Shown: positions 8,875 to 17,760 of the stretch, one piece after another
Layout of the letters: each line of letters starts with the position of its first letter
Position numbering within the stretch: the first letter of the stretch is position 1
NCBI GenBank assembly: GCA_041694815.1
Contig: JBGFSC010000048.1
Location: 1-18,686 of the forward strand
DNA length: 18,686 nucleotides
Direction: 5' to 3'
Source: Elusimicrobiota bacterium
GTDB lineage: Bacteria; Elusimicrobiota; Elusimicrobia; UBA1565; JACRDR01
Notes under the pieces: model-generated
Database searches by the model: none
Told to the model about the DNA's origin: nothing
Seen by the model: only the letters and a program-made list of their open reading frames with translations
Translations under genes and position numbers: made by a program

Positions 8875-9723
8875 TCATGATTTCACTAAATTTCTCAGGA
8901 GGAACGTCCAATTCTCCCTCCGCTCCCTCAGGCGCCGGTAAAAATACGGCATCCAATGCGTCCCATAAGGCACATAGATGCGAACGGCATGTCCCTCCTG
9001 AGCCAGCTGGGTCGCGCGCGCGCGGCGGAGCCCATAGAGCATTTGGAACTCGAACTGCCCGGGGGATCGCCCCAGGCGCCGCGCGGCCGCCATGGCGGCT
9101 TTGATGCGCTCCTCGTCGTGCGTGGCGATGGCGGGGTATTCGCCACGCTCCAGCAAAGTCTGCGCCAACAGGTCGTAGTTCCGGTTGACTTGCTCGCGCT
9201 CCTGGAAGGCGACCGACGCCGGCTCTTTATAGGCTCCCTTGCACAGGCGCACGCGCGCCTTTTTCTCGCATAGGGCTTCTATATCGGAGGCGCTGCGCTT
9301 AAGGTAGGCCTGGATCACGACGCCGACGTTTTTATGCCTCGGGAACAGGTCGTAGAAAAGATCCAACGTCTTCTGGGTGTAGGCCGAACCCTCCATGTCG
9401 ATGCGCACGAAATTGCCGTGGCGGGCGGCTTCTTCGAGGAGGCGGATCAAATGATCACGAGCCAAGGAGGCGTCGAGGTTCAAGCCCAGCTGGGTCAGTT
9501 TCAGGCTGACATTACAGTCGACGCCGGCCCGCGCTATCTTGCCGAAAAGCCCCGCGATCTCGCCCGCCGCCGCGTCGGCCTGCTCGCGCACGCGGCAGTC
9601 CTCCCCCAGATAATCCAGCGTGGCCTTCAGCCCGTCCCTATTGAGACGTCCGACCGCCTCGATGGCCTCCTCCGCCGTGTCGCCGGCGACGAAGCGCCGG
9701 GCCAAGAAGGTCAATGCCCTCAC
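8875..9723 (-). CDS. Monofunctional proline dehydrogenase (PutB/PRODH type)
   Basis: Motifs [49 protein letters not shown] and [17 protein letters not shown]. The GTG start overlaps the glgB stop (GTGA). Confidence 0.93.
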   Translation of the reverse strand: MRALTFLARRFVAGDTAEEAIEAVGRLNRDGLKATLDYLGEDCRVREQADAAAGEIAGLFGKIARAGVDCNVSLKLTQLGLNLDASLARDHLIRLLEEAARHGNFVRIDMEGSAYTQKTLDLFYDLFPRHKNVGVVIQAYLKRSASDIEALCEKKARVRLCKGAYKEPASVAFQEREQVNRNYDLLAQTLLERGEYPAIATHDEERIKAAMAAARRLGRSPGQFEFQMLYGLRRARATQLAQEGHAVRIYVPYGTHWMPYFYRRLRERRENWTFLLRNLVKS

Positions 9724-11648
9724 CGCGGCGCCTCTTCATGCCATTTGAAGACCACGGTCGCCAGCGGAGGCGCCGTGATCGGCATCGACTGCGCGCGCCC
9801 GTGCCACGGCACCGGCTCCGCCGGCATGCCCCCCCGGTTGCCCAGGTTGGACCCTCCGAATAGCTCCGAATCGCTGTTGAGTATCTCCTCGTAGAAGCCG
9901 GGGGATGGCACGCCGATCCGGTAGCCGTGCCGTGGGACAGGGGTGAAATTGCTCACGAAGACCAGGCATTGCCGGCGCGGCTCGTCGAAGCGCACGAACG
10001 AGAACACCGAGTTGTCGCTGTCATGGCAGTCGATCCACTCGAATCCTCCGGGCTCGAAATCGACGCCGTAGAGGGCCGGCTCGCGGAGGTAGAGGTGGTT
10101 GAGCACCCTTACGTACTCTTGCAGCTTGGCGTGATCTTCCCCGGCCAAGAGATGCCAATCCAAGCTGTGCGCGTGGTCCCACTCCTTCCATTGCCCGATC
10201 TCGCCGCCCATAAACAGCAGTTTCTTTCCGGGATGCCCCAGCATGTAGCCGTAAAAGCAGCGCAGGCCCGCGAATTTCTGCCAACGATCGCCGGGCATCT
10301 TGTCGAGGAGGGCCCGCTTGCCGTGTACCACCTCGTCGTGGGAAAGGACGAGGATGAAATTCTCCGTATAGGCGTAGACCATGCTGAAGGTGGCGTCGTA
10401 ATGATGGTACTTCCGATGGACGGGCTCCTTGGCGACGTACTGCAGCATGTCGTGCATCCAGCCCATGTTCCATTTCAGGCTGAAGCCAAGCCCCCCGAGA
10501 TGCACGGGCTTAGAGACCATCGGCCAGGCCGTAGACTCCTCGGCGATCGTGAGCACTCCGGGGAAATCGCGGTGGACCAGGGTATTGAACTCCTTGAGGA
10601 AGGCCACCGCCTCGAGGTTCTCGTTGCCGCCGTAGGCGTTGGGAATCCATTCCCCCGGCTTGCGGGAATAATCGAGGTAGATCATCGAGGCGACGGCGTC
10701 CATCCGCAGCCCGTCCACGTGGTATTTCTTGAGCCAGAACATCGCGTTCGACAGCAGGAAGTTGCGTACCTCGTGACGTCCGAAGTTGAAGATCCAAGTG
10801 CCCCAATCCGGGTGGAAGCCCTTGCGGGGATCGGCGTGCTCGTAGAGCGCGGTGCCGTCGAAGCGGCCGAGGCTGTGCCCGTCGGTCGGAAAATGCGAGG
10901 GCACCCAATCGAGGATGACCCCGAGCCCCGCCTGGTGGCAGCGGTCCACGAAGTACATGAAGTCCTGAGGGGTCCCGAAACGAGAGGTGGGCGCGAAATA
11001 TCCCGTCGTTTGATAGCCCCAGGAACCGTCGAATGGGTGTTCCATGACGGGGAGCAATTCGACGTGGGTATATCCCATGGATACGGCATACTCGACGAGT
11101 TCCCTGGAAAGCTCCCGATAGCTCAGGGGCCTGTTTCCCTCCTCGGGAACACGGCGCCAGGAGCCGAGATGGCATTCGTAGATGTTCAGCGGGCGCTTGA
11201 GCGGGTCGGACTGAGCCCGCCTCGACATCCATTCGGCGTCGCGCCAACGGTATGTGTCGATGTTCCACAGCACCGAGGCGGATTTCGGCGGCTTTTCCGC
11301 GAAGAAAGCGTAGGGGTCCGCCTTCTGCATGGCGGCGCCCCCGCGCGGCTGGATCTCGTATTTGTACAGGGCGCCTTGCTCGAGCCCCGGGATGAAACCC
11401 GACCAGATGCCCGAATCGCCGAGGCAGCGCAAGGGATGGCGCGAGGCGTCCCATCCGTTGAAGTCGCCCATCACGCCGACGCGTTCGGCGTTCGGCGCCC
11501 AGACGGAAAAATAGGCGCCCGAGCGCCGCTGGCGCCGTTCGACGTGGCTTCCGAGCTTCTCGTAAATCTCCAGGTGACTGCCTTCGCCGAAGAGGTGCAG
11601 GTCGAAGGAGGTTAACAACGTATCGGGTGCCGCCGTCCGGGATTCCAT
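9720..11648 (-). CDS. glgB: 1,4-alpha-glucan branching enzyme (GH13, short N-terminus form)
   Basis: Motifs [76 protein letters not shown] and [10 protein letters not shown]. Confidence 0.97.
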   Translation of the reverse strand: MESRTAAPDTLLTSFDLHLFGEGSHLEIYEKLGSHVERRQRRSGAYFSVWAPNAERVGVMGDFNGWDASRHPLRCLGDSGIWSGFIPGLEQGALYKYEIQPRGGAAMQKADPYAFFAEKPPKSASVLWNIDTYRWRDAEWMSRRAQSDPLKRPLNIYECHLGSWRRVPEEGNRPLSYRELSRELVEYAVSMGYTHVELLPVMEHPFDGSWGYQTTGYFAPTSRFGTPQDFMYFVDRCHQAGLGVILDWVPSHFPTDGHSLGRFDGTALYEHADPRKGFHPDWGTWIFNFGRHEVRNFLLSNAMFWLKKYHVDGLRMDAVASMIYLDYSRKPGEWIPNAYGGNENLEAVAFLKEFNTLVHRDFPGVLTIAEESTAWPMVSKPVHLGGLGFSLKWNMGWMHDMLQYVAKEPVHRKYHHYDATFSMVYAYTENFILVLSHDEVVHGKRALLDKMPGDRWQKFAGLRCFYGYMLGHPGKKLLFMGGEIGQWKEWDHAHSLDWHLLAGEDHAKLQEYVRVLNHLYLREPALYGVDFEPGGFEWIDCHDSDNSVFSFVRFDEPRRQCLVFVSNFTPVPRHGYRIGVPSPGFYEEILNSDSELFGGSNLGNRGGMPAEPVPWHGRAQSMPITAPPLATVVFKWHEEAPR

Positions 11649-11658
11649 CGAAGAGGCT

Positions 11659-11667
11659 ATTGTACCA
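11659..11667 (-). promoter_or_regulatory. Extended -10 promoter of the glgB operon (near-leaderless)
   Basis: TG-G-TACAAT ends 10 nt before the glgB ATG, and there is no Shine-Dalgarno sequence in between. Confidence 0.55.
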
Positions 11668-11686
11668 AAGCGGCGTGAGAGGAACT

Positions 11687-11755
11687 TAGGCCCTTCGCCC
11701 TAACCCACGCTAGGCCTTCCGCCTCGCGTAAAATAATCGGGGGTCCTGCTACAAT
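11687..11755 (+). promoter_or_regulatory. Paired TAGGCC boxes plus extended -10 for the 11792 gene
   Basis: TAGGCCCTTCGCCCTA (11687) and TAGGCCTTCCGCCTCG (11711) lie 24 bp apart. TG-C-TACAAT is at 11747-11755. Confidence 0.5.
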
Positions 11756-11791
11756 TTGCGCGTCGGCAGCAGTTCAAGGAGGAGAAAACCT

Positions 11792-12343
11792 ATGCGCAGG
11801 ACGGTTTTGTCGATGGCGGCTCTGGTGCTCTGCGGTCCGTTCGCTTTCGCGGGCGAGCCGACCCCTGAGGCGGCCAAGCAGGAATCCGGCCTCGCGTTCC
11901 AGGAAAACGCCGGAGCCGGCTCGATGCGCCGGATGCCTGCGGTCGCCGCATCGCTAGGCCTTAAGAGCGGCCCCACCCTCTCCTCTCCCGGCGTCATGAA
12001 GAGCCGCGGTCCCGTCGCTCCTCCGACCAAAGCCTGCGAAACCAACGGCCAATGGCTGCTAAAAAATATCGCCAAGGCCGCCGTTCTCGGCCTGAGCGTG
12101 GCCGCCGTCACGATCTGGAGCGAGGCGCTCTTCGCTGCCTGGCCCATCCTTGCCGGCTTCCCTTCTTTCATCGGCATGAACTCGGTCATCGGCATGACGG
12201 CGCTCTATACTTACCTGGGGATTAAGAAAGGACATAAGCGCGAGGCCCTGGCCAAGGATGCGCTCAACGGCCTAGTCGCCGGGGTGCTGGTAGCCGTAGG
12301 CATCTTCATCAACATCGCCCTCTTCCTACTGCCGCGCCTGTAA
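11792..12343 (+). CDS. Hypothetical membrane protein with signal peptide and C-terminal transmembrane helices
   Basis: Strong AGGAGGAG RBS before the ATG at 11792. Signal peptide MRRTVLSMAALVLCGPFAFA and about three hydrophobic segments in the C-terminal half. Confidence 0.7.
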   Translation: MRRTVLSMAALVLCGPFAFAGEPTPEAAKQESGLAFQENAGAGSMRRMPAVAASLGLKSGPTLSSPGVMKSRGPVAPPTKACETNGQWLLKNIAKAAVLGLSVAAVTIWSEALFAAWPILAGFPSFIGMNSVIGMTALYTYLGIKKGHKREALAKDALNGLVAGVLVAVGIFINIALFLLPRL

Positions 12344-12463
12344 TCGACAAGCCGCGAGCGGCATCGATGGGTCCCATACCCGCCGCCCGCGCCGTGACCC
12401 GACCCTCGGACTCGAGAAATGCTAAGATGCCCGCGTCTCGCTTTTCTCTAAATCCGATCGGCC

Positions 12464-14185
12464 TTGGGAAAAAAATCCTCGCTTAAACGCCGAAAGATTC
12501 GCGCGGTCGTCGCCCTGACATGCGCCACGCTGGCGGCCGGCGTACTGATCTTGCGCCTGTCGCGGCGGCGCGCGGCTCCTACGCCTTCCGCCGTCCCTGC
12601 GCCTCAGCTGCCCCGCGCGCCCCGCAACGAACCGGCGCCGGAGCCTCAATGGCCTCAAGTCTACCCCTATGACTTATTGGCCCGCGTGCACCCGGCCCTG
12701 GCCGGGCCCACCTTCGGCCTCTCCTCCGCCGACCCTCAGGAGCGCAGGGCCGCCGCCTTGTCGCTGGCCTCGCATTTCGTCTCCTCGGACACCCTGACGG
12801 GCCTCTGCCCCGAAGCCCCCGATGCCCTATGGGTACTCGCAGACGCGATCGTGCGGCGCAGCGAGCTTAAGACCGCCCTGCACCTCTTCTACAAGGATTT
12901 GGCCCTCTTGGCGAATCTCGAGGACTACGAAAAGGACGATTTCGTCGACGCGCTGCAGGACCCTCTGCCCATTTACGTCGCCTTATCGATCAGCCATGCG
13001 CCGCATGTCCACGAATCGCGCCGGATGTTCCGCCATATGCGCCGGCTGCTTTCCTCCAGAAAAAAGACGTTGACGGAATGGATACGCGAGACCGATCCGT
13101 CCCTGCGCTTCGCCCCCAATTTCCTGCTGCGCCTCAACGCCTACGAGGCGCTGGTGCCCTACCTGCGCGAGTTTCCCTCGGAGGCGATGGCGGTGCCCAC
13201 GATGCTGTTCGTCGAAAAGCGCGCGGACGTCGTCGATCTCGGCGCCGACCAGATCCAGAACATCTTCGACAGCCTGTCCCAGGACCCGAAGGCCGGGCAG
13301 GCCCTTCACTCCTTCGTCGAGGGCTGCCTCGTCAGGATCGGCACGGCCTCCCCTCCCTTGAGGAGGAAGATCGCCCTGCTCCTACACCTCAACTGGAAGC
13401 TCCTGAGCGCCGAACTGCTTCAAGAAGCGGAGTTCGTGGTCGGCCCTCCGGGCGACGCCTCCTCCCAGGCTCGGCCCGCGCCCCTCCCGTACGACCGCTG
13501 GCCGGAAAGGGAATGGCGCTTCAGCGCGCATTTCGCCGACAAGAAGGATTTAGAGCGATGGAAGCGCTTCTTCGAGGCGAAGGGCTACCGGCAGGAGAAG
13601 TCCTCGGAGGAACTCGTGCGCCTAGAGCGGCAACTGCCCGGAGGGCCGCGCATCGTGCTGCTGGGATACGCTTATGAGAGCCTCGAAACGGGCATGCTGG
13701 CAGGCTCCGAACTCAAGCGCTTCCAATTGGGCATTGCCGCCGACATGCGCGATGCCGCGATCAAGGGCGTCTTCGTGCGGGCCCACGCGCAATTCCCACG
13801 CACGCCCGCGTTCCAGCAGGCGAAGGGATCGGCGAAACTCTGGTATGACGGCTCCTGCCGTGGGGCCTGGGATTTGGCCAAGCTCAAGCCCTTATGCCCC
13901 GACTGCGTGCTCGTCGGCAACGTGGGATCGGGCCGCGGGTCGGTCAACGACCCGATGGCCTGGGCCTTGCTCGAGGGGCTGGGCCGCAAGGAAGAGTGGA
14001 GCCGCATACGCGACCGGATCCGGAAGGCGGTCCCGGGATCGTTTACTCGGCTCATCGGGCCATGGAGCACTCCTTTTTCGGAGAGCCTCAAACAGCTCCC
14101 TCGCGAGGAAACTAGAACTTCGTCGCGCGAAGCGCGACGAAGTCACGCGCCCGAGGCGCGTAAAAGCAACCGTCTACCTCCCTAA
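12464..14185 (+). CDS. Membrane-anchored hypothetical protein, possible clan CD-like cysteine peptidase
   Basis: 573-aa ORF with a TTG start (uncertain), a basic N-terminus plus TM helix and a Pro-rich linker. The C-terminal region contains VFVRAH and LWYDGSC. The last ~27 aa are encoded largely by a repeat element. A TG-C-TAAGAT extended -10 lies at 12420-12428. Confidence 0.7.
   Translation: MGKKSSLKRRKIRAVVALTCATLAAGVLILRLSRRRAAPTPSAVPAPQLPRAPRNEPAPEPQWPQVYPYDLLARVHPALAGPTFGLSSADPQERRAAALSLASHFVSSDTLTGLCPEAPDALWVLADAIVRRSELKTALHLFYKDLALLANLEDYEKDDFVDALQDPLPIYVALSISHAPHVHESRRMFRHMRRLLSSRKKTLTEWIRETDPSLRFAPNFLLRLNAYEALVPYLREFPSEAMAVPTMLFVEKRADVVDLGADQIQNIFDSLSQDPKAGQALHSFVEGCLVRIGTASPPLRRKIALLLHLNWKLLSAELLQEAEFVVGPPGDASSQARPAPLPYDRWPEREWRFSAHFADKKDLERWKRFFEAKGYRQEKSSEELVRLERQLPGGPRIVLLGYAYESLETGMLAGSELKRFQLGIAADMRDAAIKGVFVRAHAQFPRTPAFQQAKGSAKLWYDGSCRGAWDLAKLKPLCPDCVLVGNVGSGRGSVNDPMAWALLEGLGRKEEWSRIRDRIRKAVPGSFTRLIGPWSTPFSESLKQLPREETRTSSREARRSHAPEARKSNRLPP
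14101..14176 (+). repeat. Partial copy (right arm) of the palindromic REPIN/MITE-like element
   Basis: 65/76 identical to 16046-16121 by manual ungapped alignment, including 36 identical bp (14115-14150 vs 16060-16095). Confidence 0.9.
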
Positions 14186-15112
14186 CTTAATTTTTTTCCA
14201 ATACGCCTTAAAATCCACCGGCAACGGCGCGGTAAGGCGCAGCGGCTTGCCCGTAGCCGGATGCGGAACCGACAACCGATACGCGTGCAGCATGAGGCGT
14301 GGAGGCGGGGGAAGGTCGAGCTGCTCGATCTGGCGTGCCTGCGACTTGCCGATCCATTCGGGATCTCCCAAAACCGGGTGCTTAAGCTCCGCCAGGTGCA
14401 CGCGGATTTGATGGGTGCGTCCCGTCAACGGACGCGCCTCCACCAAGGCGACTCCCCGGGCCGCGTCCACCACCTTAAACGAGGTCCTCGCCTCCCGGCC
14501 CCAAGGAAGCACCTCCATGCGTCGTCGCCCCGGGCGGCGGCCGACGGGGGCCTCGACCTCGGCGCCTACGGAAGCGAATTCCCCCAAGACGACCGCCTTA
14601 TAGATCTTGTCGACGCGCCGCTCGGCGAAGGCGGCGACGAGAAGCTCGTGCGCCGAACGGCTTTTGGCCACGATCAAGGCGCCGCTGGTCTGGCGGTCGA
14701 GGCGGTGGACGATCCCGCACCGGGGAGTCGAGCGGACGATCTCCGGACGCTTAAGGGTGAGCAGCCCGGCCAAATTAGGCTCGACATCCTGGGCCGCCCG
14801 ATCCGGGGTACGCAGCCAATGCTCGCGCAGCGGGTGCATCAATAGGCCGCTTGGCTTGTCCAACGCCAGCACATGCTCATCCTCGAAAAGGACCCAAGAT
14901 TCGAAACGCAGGGCGGGCCATTCGGGCCTTGGAGCCTCGAACTCGACCTCGTCTCCGGGATCTAGGCGATAGTCCGGGGGTCTCCGCGCTCCCGAAACCT
15001 TCACGCACCCGCGTAGGATGAGCTCGCGGCAGTACGAGCGGCTCTCGCCCAATTGCCCTGCGAGGAAGGAGTCCAGGCGACGGCCGGAGTCCGATGCCCG
15101 CCAGCGGCTCAT
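14174..15112 (-). CDS. RluA/RluD-family 23S rRNA pseudouridine synthase with N-terminal S4 domain
   Basis: S4-like RRLDSFLA..SRSYCRELILRGCVKV. Motifs EDEHVLALDKPSGL, IVHRLDRQTSG (catalytic Asp), TGRTHQIRVH, PVLGD and LHA. The ATG at 15112 overlaps the lgt stop (ATGA). Confidence 0.93.
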   Translation of the reverse strand: MSRWRASDSGRRLDSFLAGQLGESRSYCRELILRGCVKVSGARRPPDYRLDPGDEVEFEAPRPEWPALRFESWVLFEDEHVLALDKPSGLLMHPLREHWLRTPDRAAQDVEPNLAGLLTLKRPEIVRSTPRCGIVHRLDRQTSGALIVAKSRSAHELLVAAFAERRVDKIYKAVVLGEFASVGAEVEAPVGRRPGRRRMEVLPWGREARTSFKVVDAARGVALVEARPLTGRTHQIRVHLAELKHPVLGDPEWIGKSQARQIEQLDLPPPPRLMLHAYRLSVPHPATGKPLRLTAPLPVDFKAYWKKIKLGR

Positions 15113-15900
15113 GCGCGGCGCGCCAGCCCCGGCTGCGAGGCCCTGGATAGGAACCAAGCCCCGGCGGTCAAGCAGGCCAACGCAATCCATTGGGAGGGAG
15201 ATAGGTGCAGCCAAAAGCCGCCGCGGTCGTCGCCGCGCGAGAACTCCACGAGAAAACGCAGGAGCGAGTAGAGGGAGGCGTATCCCCAAAAGACCGCGCC
15301 CGGACGAAGCGCCCCCGACTCCGTCCGGCGTAGGGCGGGGCGCAAGGCGAGGGCGATGGCGGCGTTTCCCAAGGCCTCGTAGAGCTGCGCGGGGTGCAGG
15401 GGCGTTCCCAAAATGAAATCCGGCACCAGGCTCCGCGGGTCGCCGAAGGAAATAGCCCAAGGAAGCGCGGTCGGCCGTCCGTAGCAGCAGCCGGCCGCCA
15501 GGCAGCCGATGCGGCCGATCGCATGCCCGAAGGGCAGTGCCACCCCGAAATAATCGGCGATCTTGAAAAACGAGAGCTGTCGGCGGCGGACGTAGACCCA
15601 ACCCATCGCGACGGCGCCCAAAAAGCCTCCGAAAAAGACGAAGCCATAGCGGAAATCCCGCAGGAGATGCAATTCACCCGAGGCGAAACTTTGCCAGTTC
15701 AGGAGCATGAAAAGCAGCTTGCCACCGGCGATAGCGCCGAAAAAAAGCCGATAGATAAGCTCCCAAAAGCGCTCCTCGCTTAAGCCCATAGCCCCGCGCC
15801 GCCGTTTGAGCCAAAGGATGGAAGCGATATAGCCCGATGCCACTAGCGCGCCGTAGGAAGCGATGTGGATGGGGCCGAGTTTGAGGAGGACCGGGAACAT
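15109..15900 (-). CDS. lgt: Prolipoprotein diacylglyceryl transferase
   Basis: Motifs MFPVL..GP..SYG, GFVFFGG, GHAIGRIGCLAAGCCYG, HPAQLYE, RFLVEFSRGD and SQW. Multi-pass membrane profile. Confidence 0.93.
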   Translation of the reverse strand: MFPVLLKLGPIHIASYGALVASGYIASILWLKRRRGAMGLSEERFWELIYRLFFGAIAGGKLLFMLLNWQSFASGELHLLRDFRYGFVFFGGFLGAVAMGWVYVRRRQLSFFKIADYFGVALPFGHAIGRIGCLAAGCCYGRPTALPWAISFGDPRSLVPDFILGTPLHPAQLYEALGNAAIALALRPALRRTESGALRPGAVFWGYASLYSLLRFLVEFSRGDDRGGFWLHLSPSQWIALACLTAGAWFLSRASQPGLARRA

Positions 15901-15908
15901 GCCTGTAT

Positions 15909-15917
15909 ATGATAGCA
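15909..15917 (-). promoter_or_regulatory. Extended -10 promoter of lgt (probably leaderless)
   Basis: TG-C-TATCAT ends 8 nt before the lgt ATG, with no Shine-Dalgarno sequence. Confidence 0.55.
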
Positions 15918-15940
15918 GTTAGGGCAAACGGTTCAGGAAC

Positions 15941-16121
15941 AACGACGCCTTTTACGCGCCTCGAGCGCGTGGCTCGGCGCGCTTCGTTTTCGCGGTGCCA
16001 GGGATTGACTTTCGCCTAGGCGAAAGTCAATCCCTGGCACCATCTTCGCGAGAAACCTCGAACTTCGTCGCGCGAAGCGCGACGAAGTCACGCGCTCAAA
16101 GCGCGTAAAAACTGTCGTTTA
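15941..16121. mobile_element. About 180-bp nested-palindrome non-autonomous element (REPIN/MITE-like)
   Basis: Imperfect inverted arms: AACGACGCCTTTTACGCGCCTCGAGCGCGTG versus reverse-complemented AACGACAGTTTTTACGCGCTTTGAGCGCGTG. A perfect 48-bp central palindrome lies at 15994-16041 and a 12-bp stem with GAA loop at 16062-16088. Partial copies occur at 14101 and 18555. Mobility is inferred. Confidence 0.75.
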
Positions 16122-16145
16122 TTAGGCTACCATTCTAAAGGACCC

Positions 16146-16174
16146 TTGACAACTCCCGAATCGGCCTCTACACT
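16146..16174 (+). promoter_or_regulatory. Sigma70-type promoter for the 16207-18554 gene pair
   Basis: TTGACA (16146-16151), a 17-bp spacer, then TACACT (16169-16174), 32 nt before the ATG at 16207. Confidence 0.7.
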
Positions 16175-16206
16175 CAAGAAGCCTGGTCCCGAATACCCCA
16201 GGGCTT

Positions 16207-17760
16207 ATGTGCTGTAATAAATTAGCCTTAATTAAACTGGCTTTTTTAGCTACGCTTGCCTGCGGCGCGTCTGCTGAAACGGCAAAAAAAGCCCCCTCAT
16301 TCGAGCAGATCGAGCAGCTGCTACTGCACCGGGACGTAAAAACCTTGAAAACCCTGGGCCTTGAGTGGGTCCGCCTCGGCTATGGCCCCGAGAACCCGAC
16401 CGGTTTCATCGTTGACGCGCTACGTAAGGCCGGCGGGCCCGAGGCGGGACCAGCGCTGCGCGAGATGCTCGCCGCATGCGGGGATTGCCCGATGCGGACG
16501 ACCCTAGAGGAAGCAGTCCATGCGTTCGAGCGACCAGGGAGCGGGCCCGCCGAGAAGCCGGCTTCCGTCGACGCGCTGGCCGAGCTTGCCGCCCAATTGA
16601 CCCGAAGCGGCAACGAGCAGGTGGAGGGCCTTTTCAGGCGCTATTACGAGGCGCATCGCAACGGCCTTCCCTTGGAGGAGTGGCGCTACACCACCCAGGG
16701 CATCGCCTTGGAGCAGCAGATCGAGCCGATCCGAGGGGGCGAGGTCGTCGTCATGGCCAAAGCCGACGGGCGCAAATTTTTCGAGTATCGCGTCAATAAC
16801 CTGCCAAAGCTGAGCGCCGAGATCTCCGCGGACGGCGCGGACGCGACGCGGGTGCTCCAGGAAAAGATAGCCCAGATCGCGAACGCCCTGCTGGAGGACA
16901 AGACCTTCAAGGCCAAGATGCAGGCCTTGGGCGTCGCGATGACGCCGCAGGGCGCGGAAAACGCGCTCAAGACCCTCGGGAGCAACCCGCGCAGCTTCTT
17001 GGGGATTTTCGGCTTGGCGGCCGAGGGTTCGATACGGCGCACGCGCCTCTATGATCTTAAAGAAAAAATGATTTTTCTATCTCCTGCGGTCAAGGCGGCC
17101 GCGTGGCTAAGGTCTCGCCGCCGTCAAAGCGCGGATAAAGCGTATAGCGCCGAAAAGAAAACGGCAAACGCAGCCTATGAGTCCGAGATGGCCCGGATTT
17201 ACGGTCCTTCGGGGAAACCCGAGCTGGGACTTCTAATCGCGGCCGAAGAAAAAGCAAGATTGGCGGCACAGGCCAAAGCTCGACTTGACGAGAGTCTCGC
17301 CAAGGCCTTGGGTCGCGCTCAAGAAGCCGTCAACCGTTTCGGCAGTTCCCCGCTCCACGATTCGAATTTCTTGCAGCAGCAGCGCGACGAGGTTGAGAAC
17401 GCCGTCGCCCGGCGTTATTTGGATCATGTCCGCAACCGTCTCCCGGCCATACGCAAGAAGGCCGGGGCTTTCCCCAAATGGGCACGCATGCAAGGCGTTC
17501 TCCCGGAGAACGTACGGCAGTATTTTGATTCCCGCTGGAACGAGCAGGATCCCCGCGTCCTCCTTTTCGTCGCGAAGGAATATCAGAAGGCCGTGGAAGC
17601 GCGCGGGGTTTGGGGCGTGCTGGCGCCGCTGACCCTCGAGGATTTCATCCGGCGCGATTTCAAGTCCTGGGTGGAGGGCGAGCGGAAAAAAAGGGCCGTC
17701 GCGGCACCGGCGAATGAGCCTGCGGGGGATGTCGAGTTCAAGGACCTTCACCCGCTATGA
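16207..17760 (+). CDS. Secreted, largely alpha-helical hypothetical protein
   Basis: 517-aa ORF with signal peptide (KLALIKLAFLATLACGASA), a HEAT-like segment IVDALRKAGGPEAGPALREML and an Ala/Glu/Lys-rich coiled region. ATGA overlap with the next gene. Confidence 0.7.
   Translation: MCCNKLALIKLAFLATLACGASAETAKKAPSFEQIEQLLLHRDVKTLKTLGLEWVRLGYGPENPTGFIVDALRKAGGPEAGPALREMLAACGDCPMRTTLEEAVHAFERPGSGPAEKPASVDALAELAAQLTRSGNEQVEGLFRRYYEAHRNGLPLEEWRYTTQGIALEQQIEPIRGGEVVVMAKADGRKFFEYRVNNLPKLSAEISADGADATRVLQEKIAQIANALLEDKTFKAKMQALGVAMTPQGAENALKTLGSNPRSFLGIFGLAAEGSIRRTRLYDLKEKMIFLSPAVKAAAWLRSRRRQSADKAYSAEKKTANAAYESEMARIYGPSGKPELGLLIAAEEKARLAAQAKARLDESLAKALGRAQEAVNRFGSSPLHDSNFLQQQRDEVENAVARRYLDHVRNRLPAIRKKAGAFPKWARMQGVLPENVRQYFDSRWNEQDPRVLLFVAKEYQKAVEARGVWGVLAPLTLEDFIRRDFKSWVEGERKKRAVAAPANEPAGDVEFKDLHPL

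Noticed and set aside
9927..11615. 562-aa plus-strand ORF and other long antisense or alternate-frame ORFs over ettA, kbl, tdh and the proline dehydrogenase gene
   Set aside because: These are shadow ORFs caused by high GC3 in well-supported genes, with no recognisable motifs.
15113..15601. N-terminal 163-aa extension of the pseudouridine synthase ORF, suggesting an Lgt fusion or frameshift
   Set aside because: It overlaps lgt in another frame and is Arg/Pro-rich nonsense. The ATG at 15112 overlapping the lgt stop gives a normal-length enzyme.
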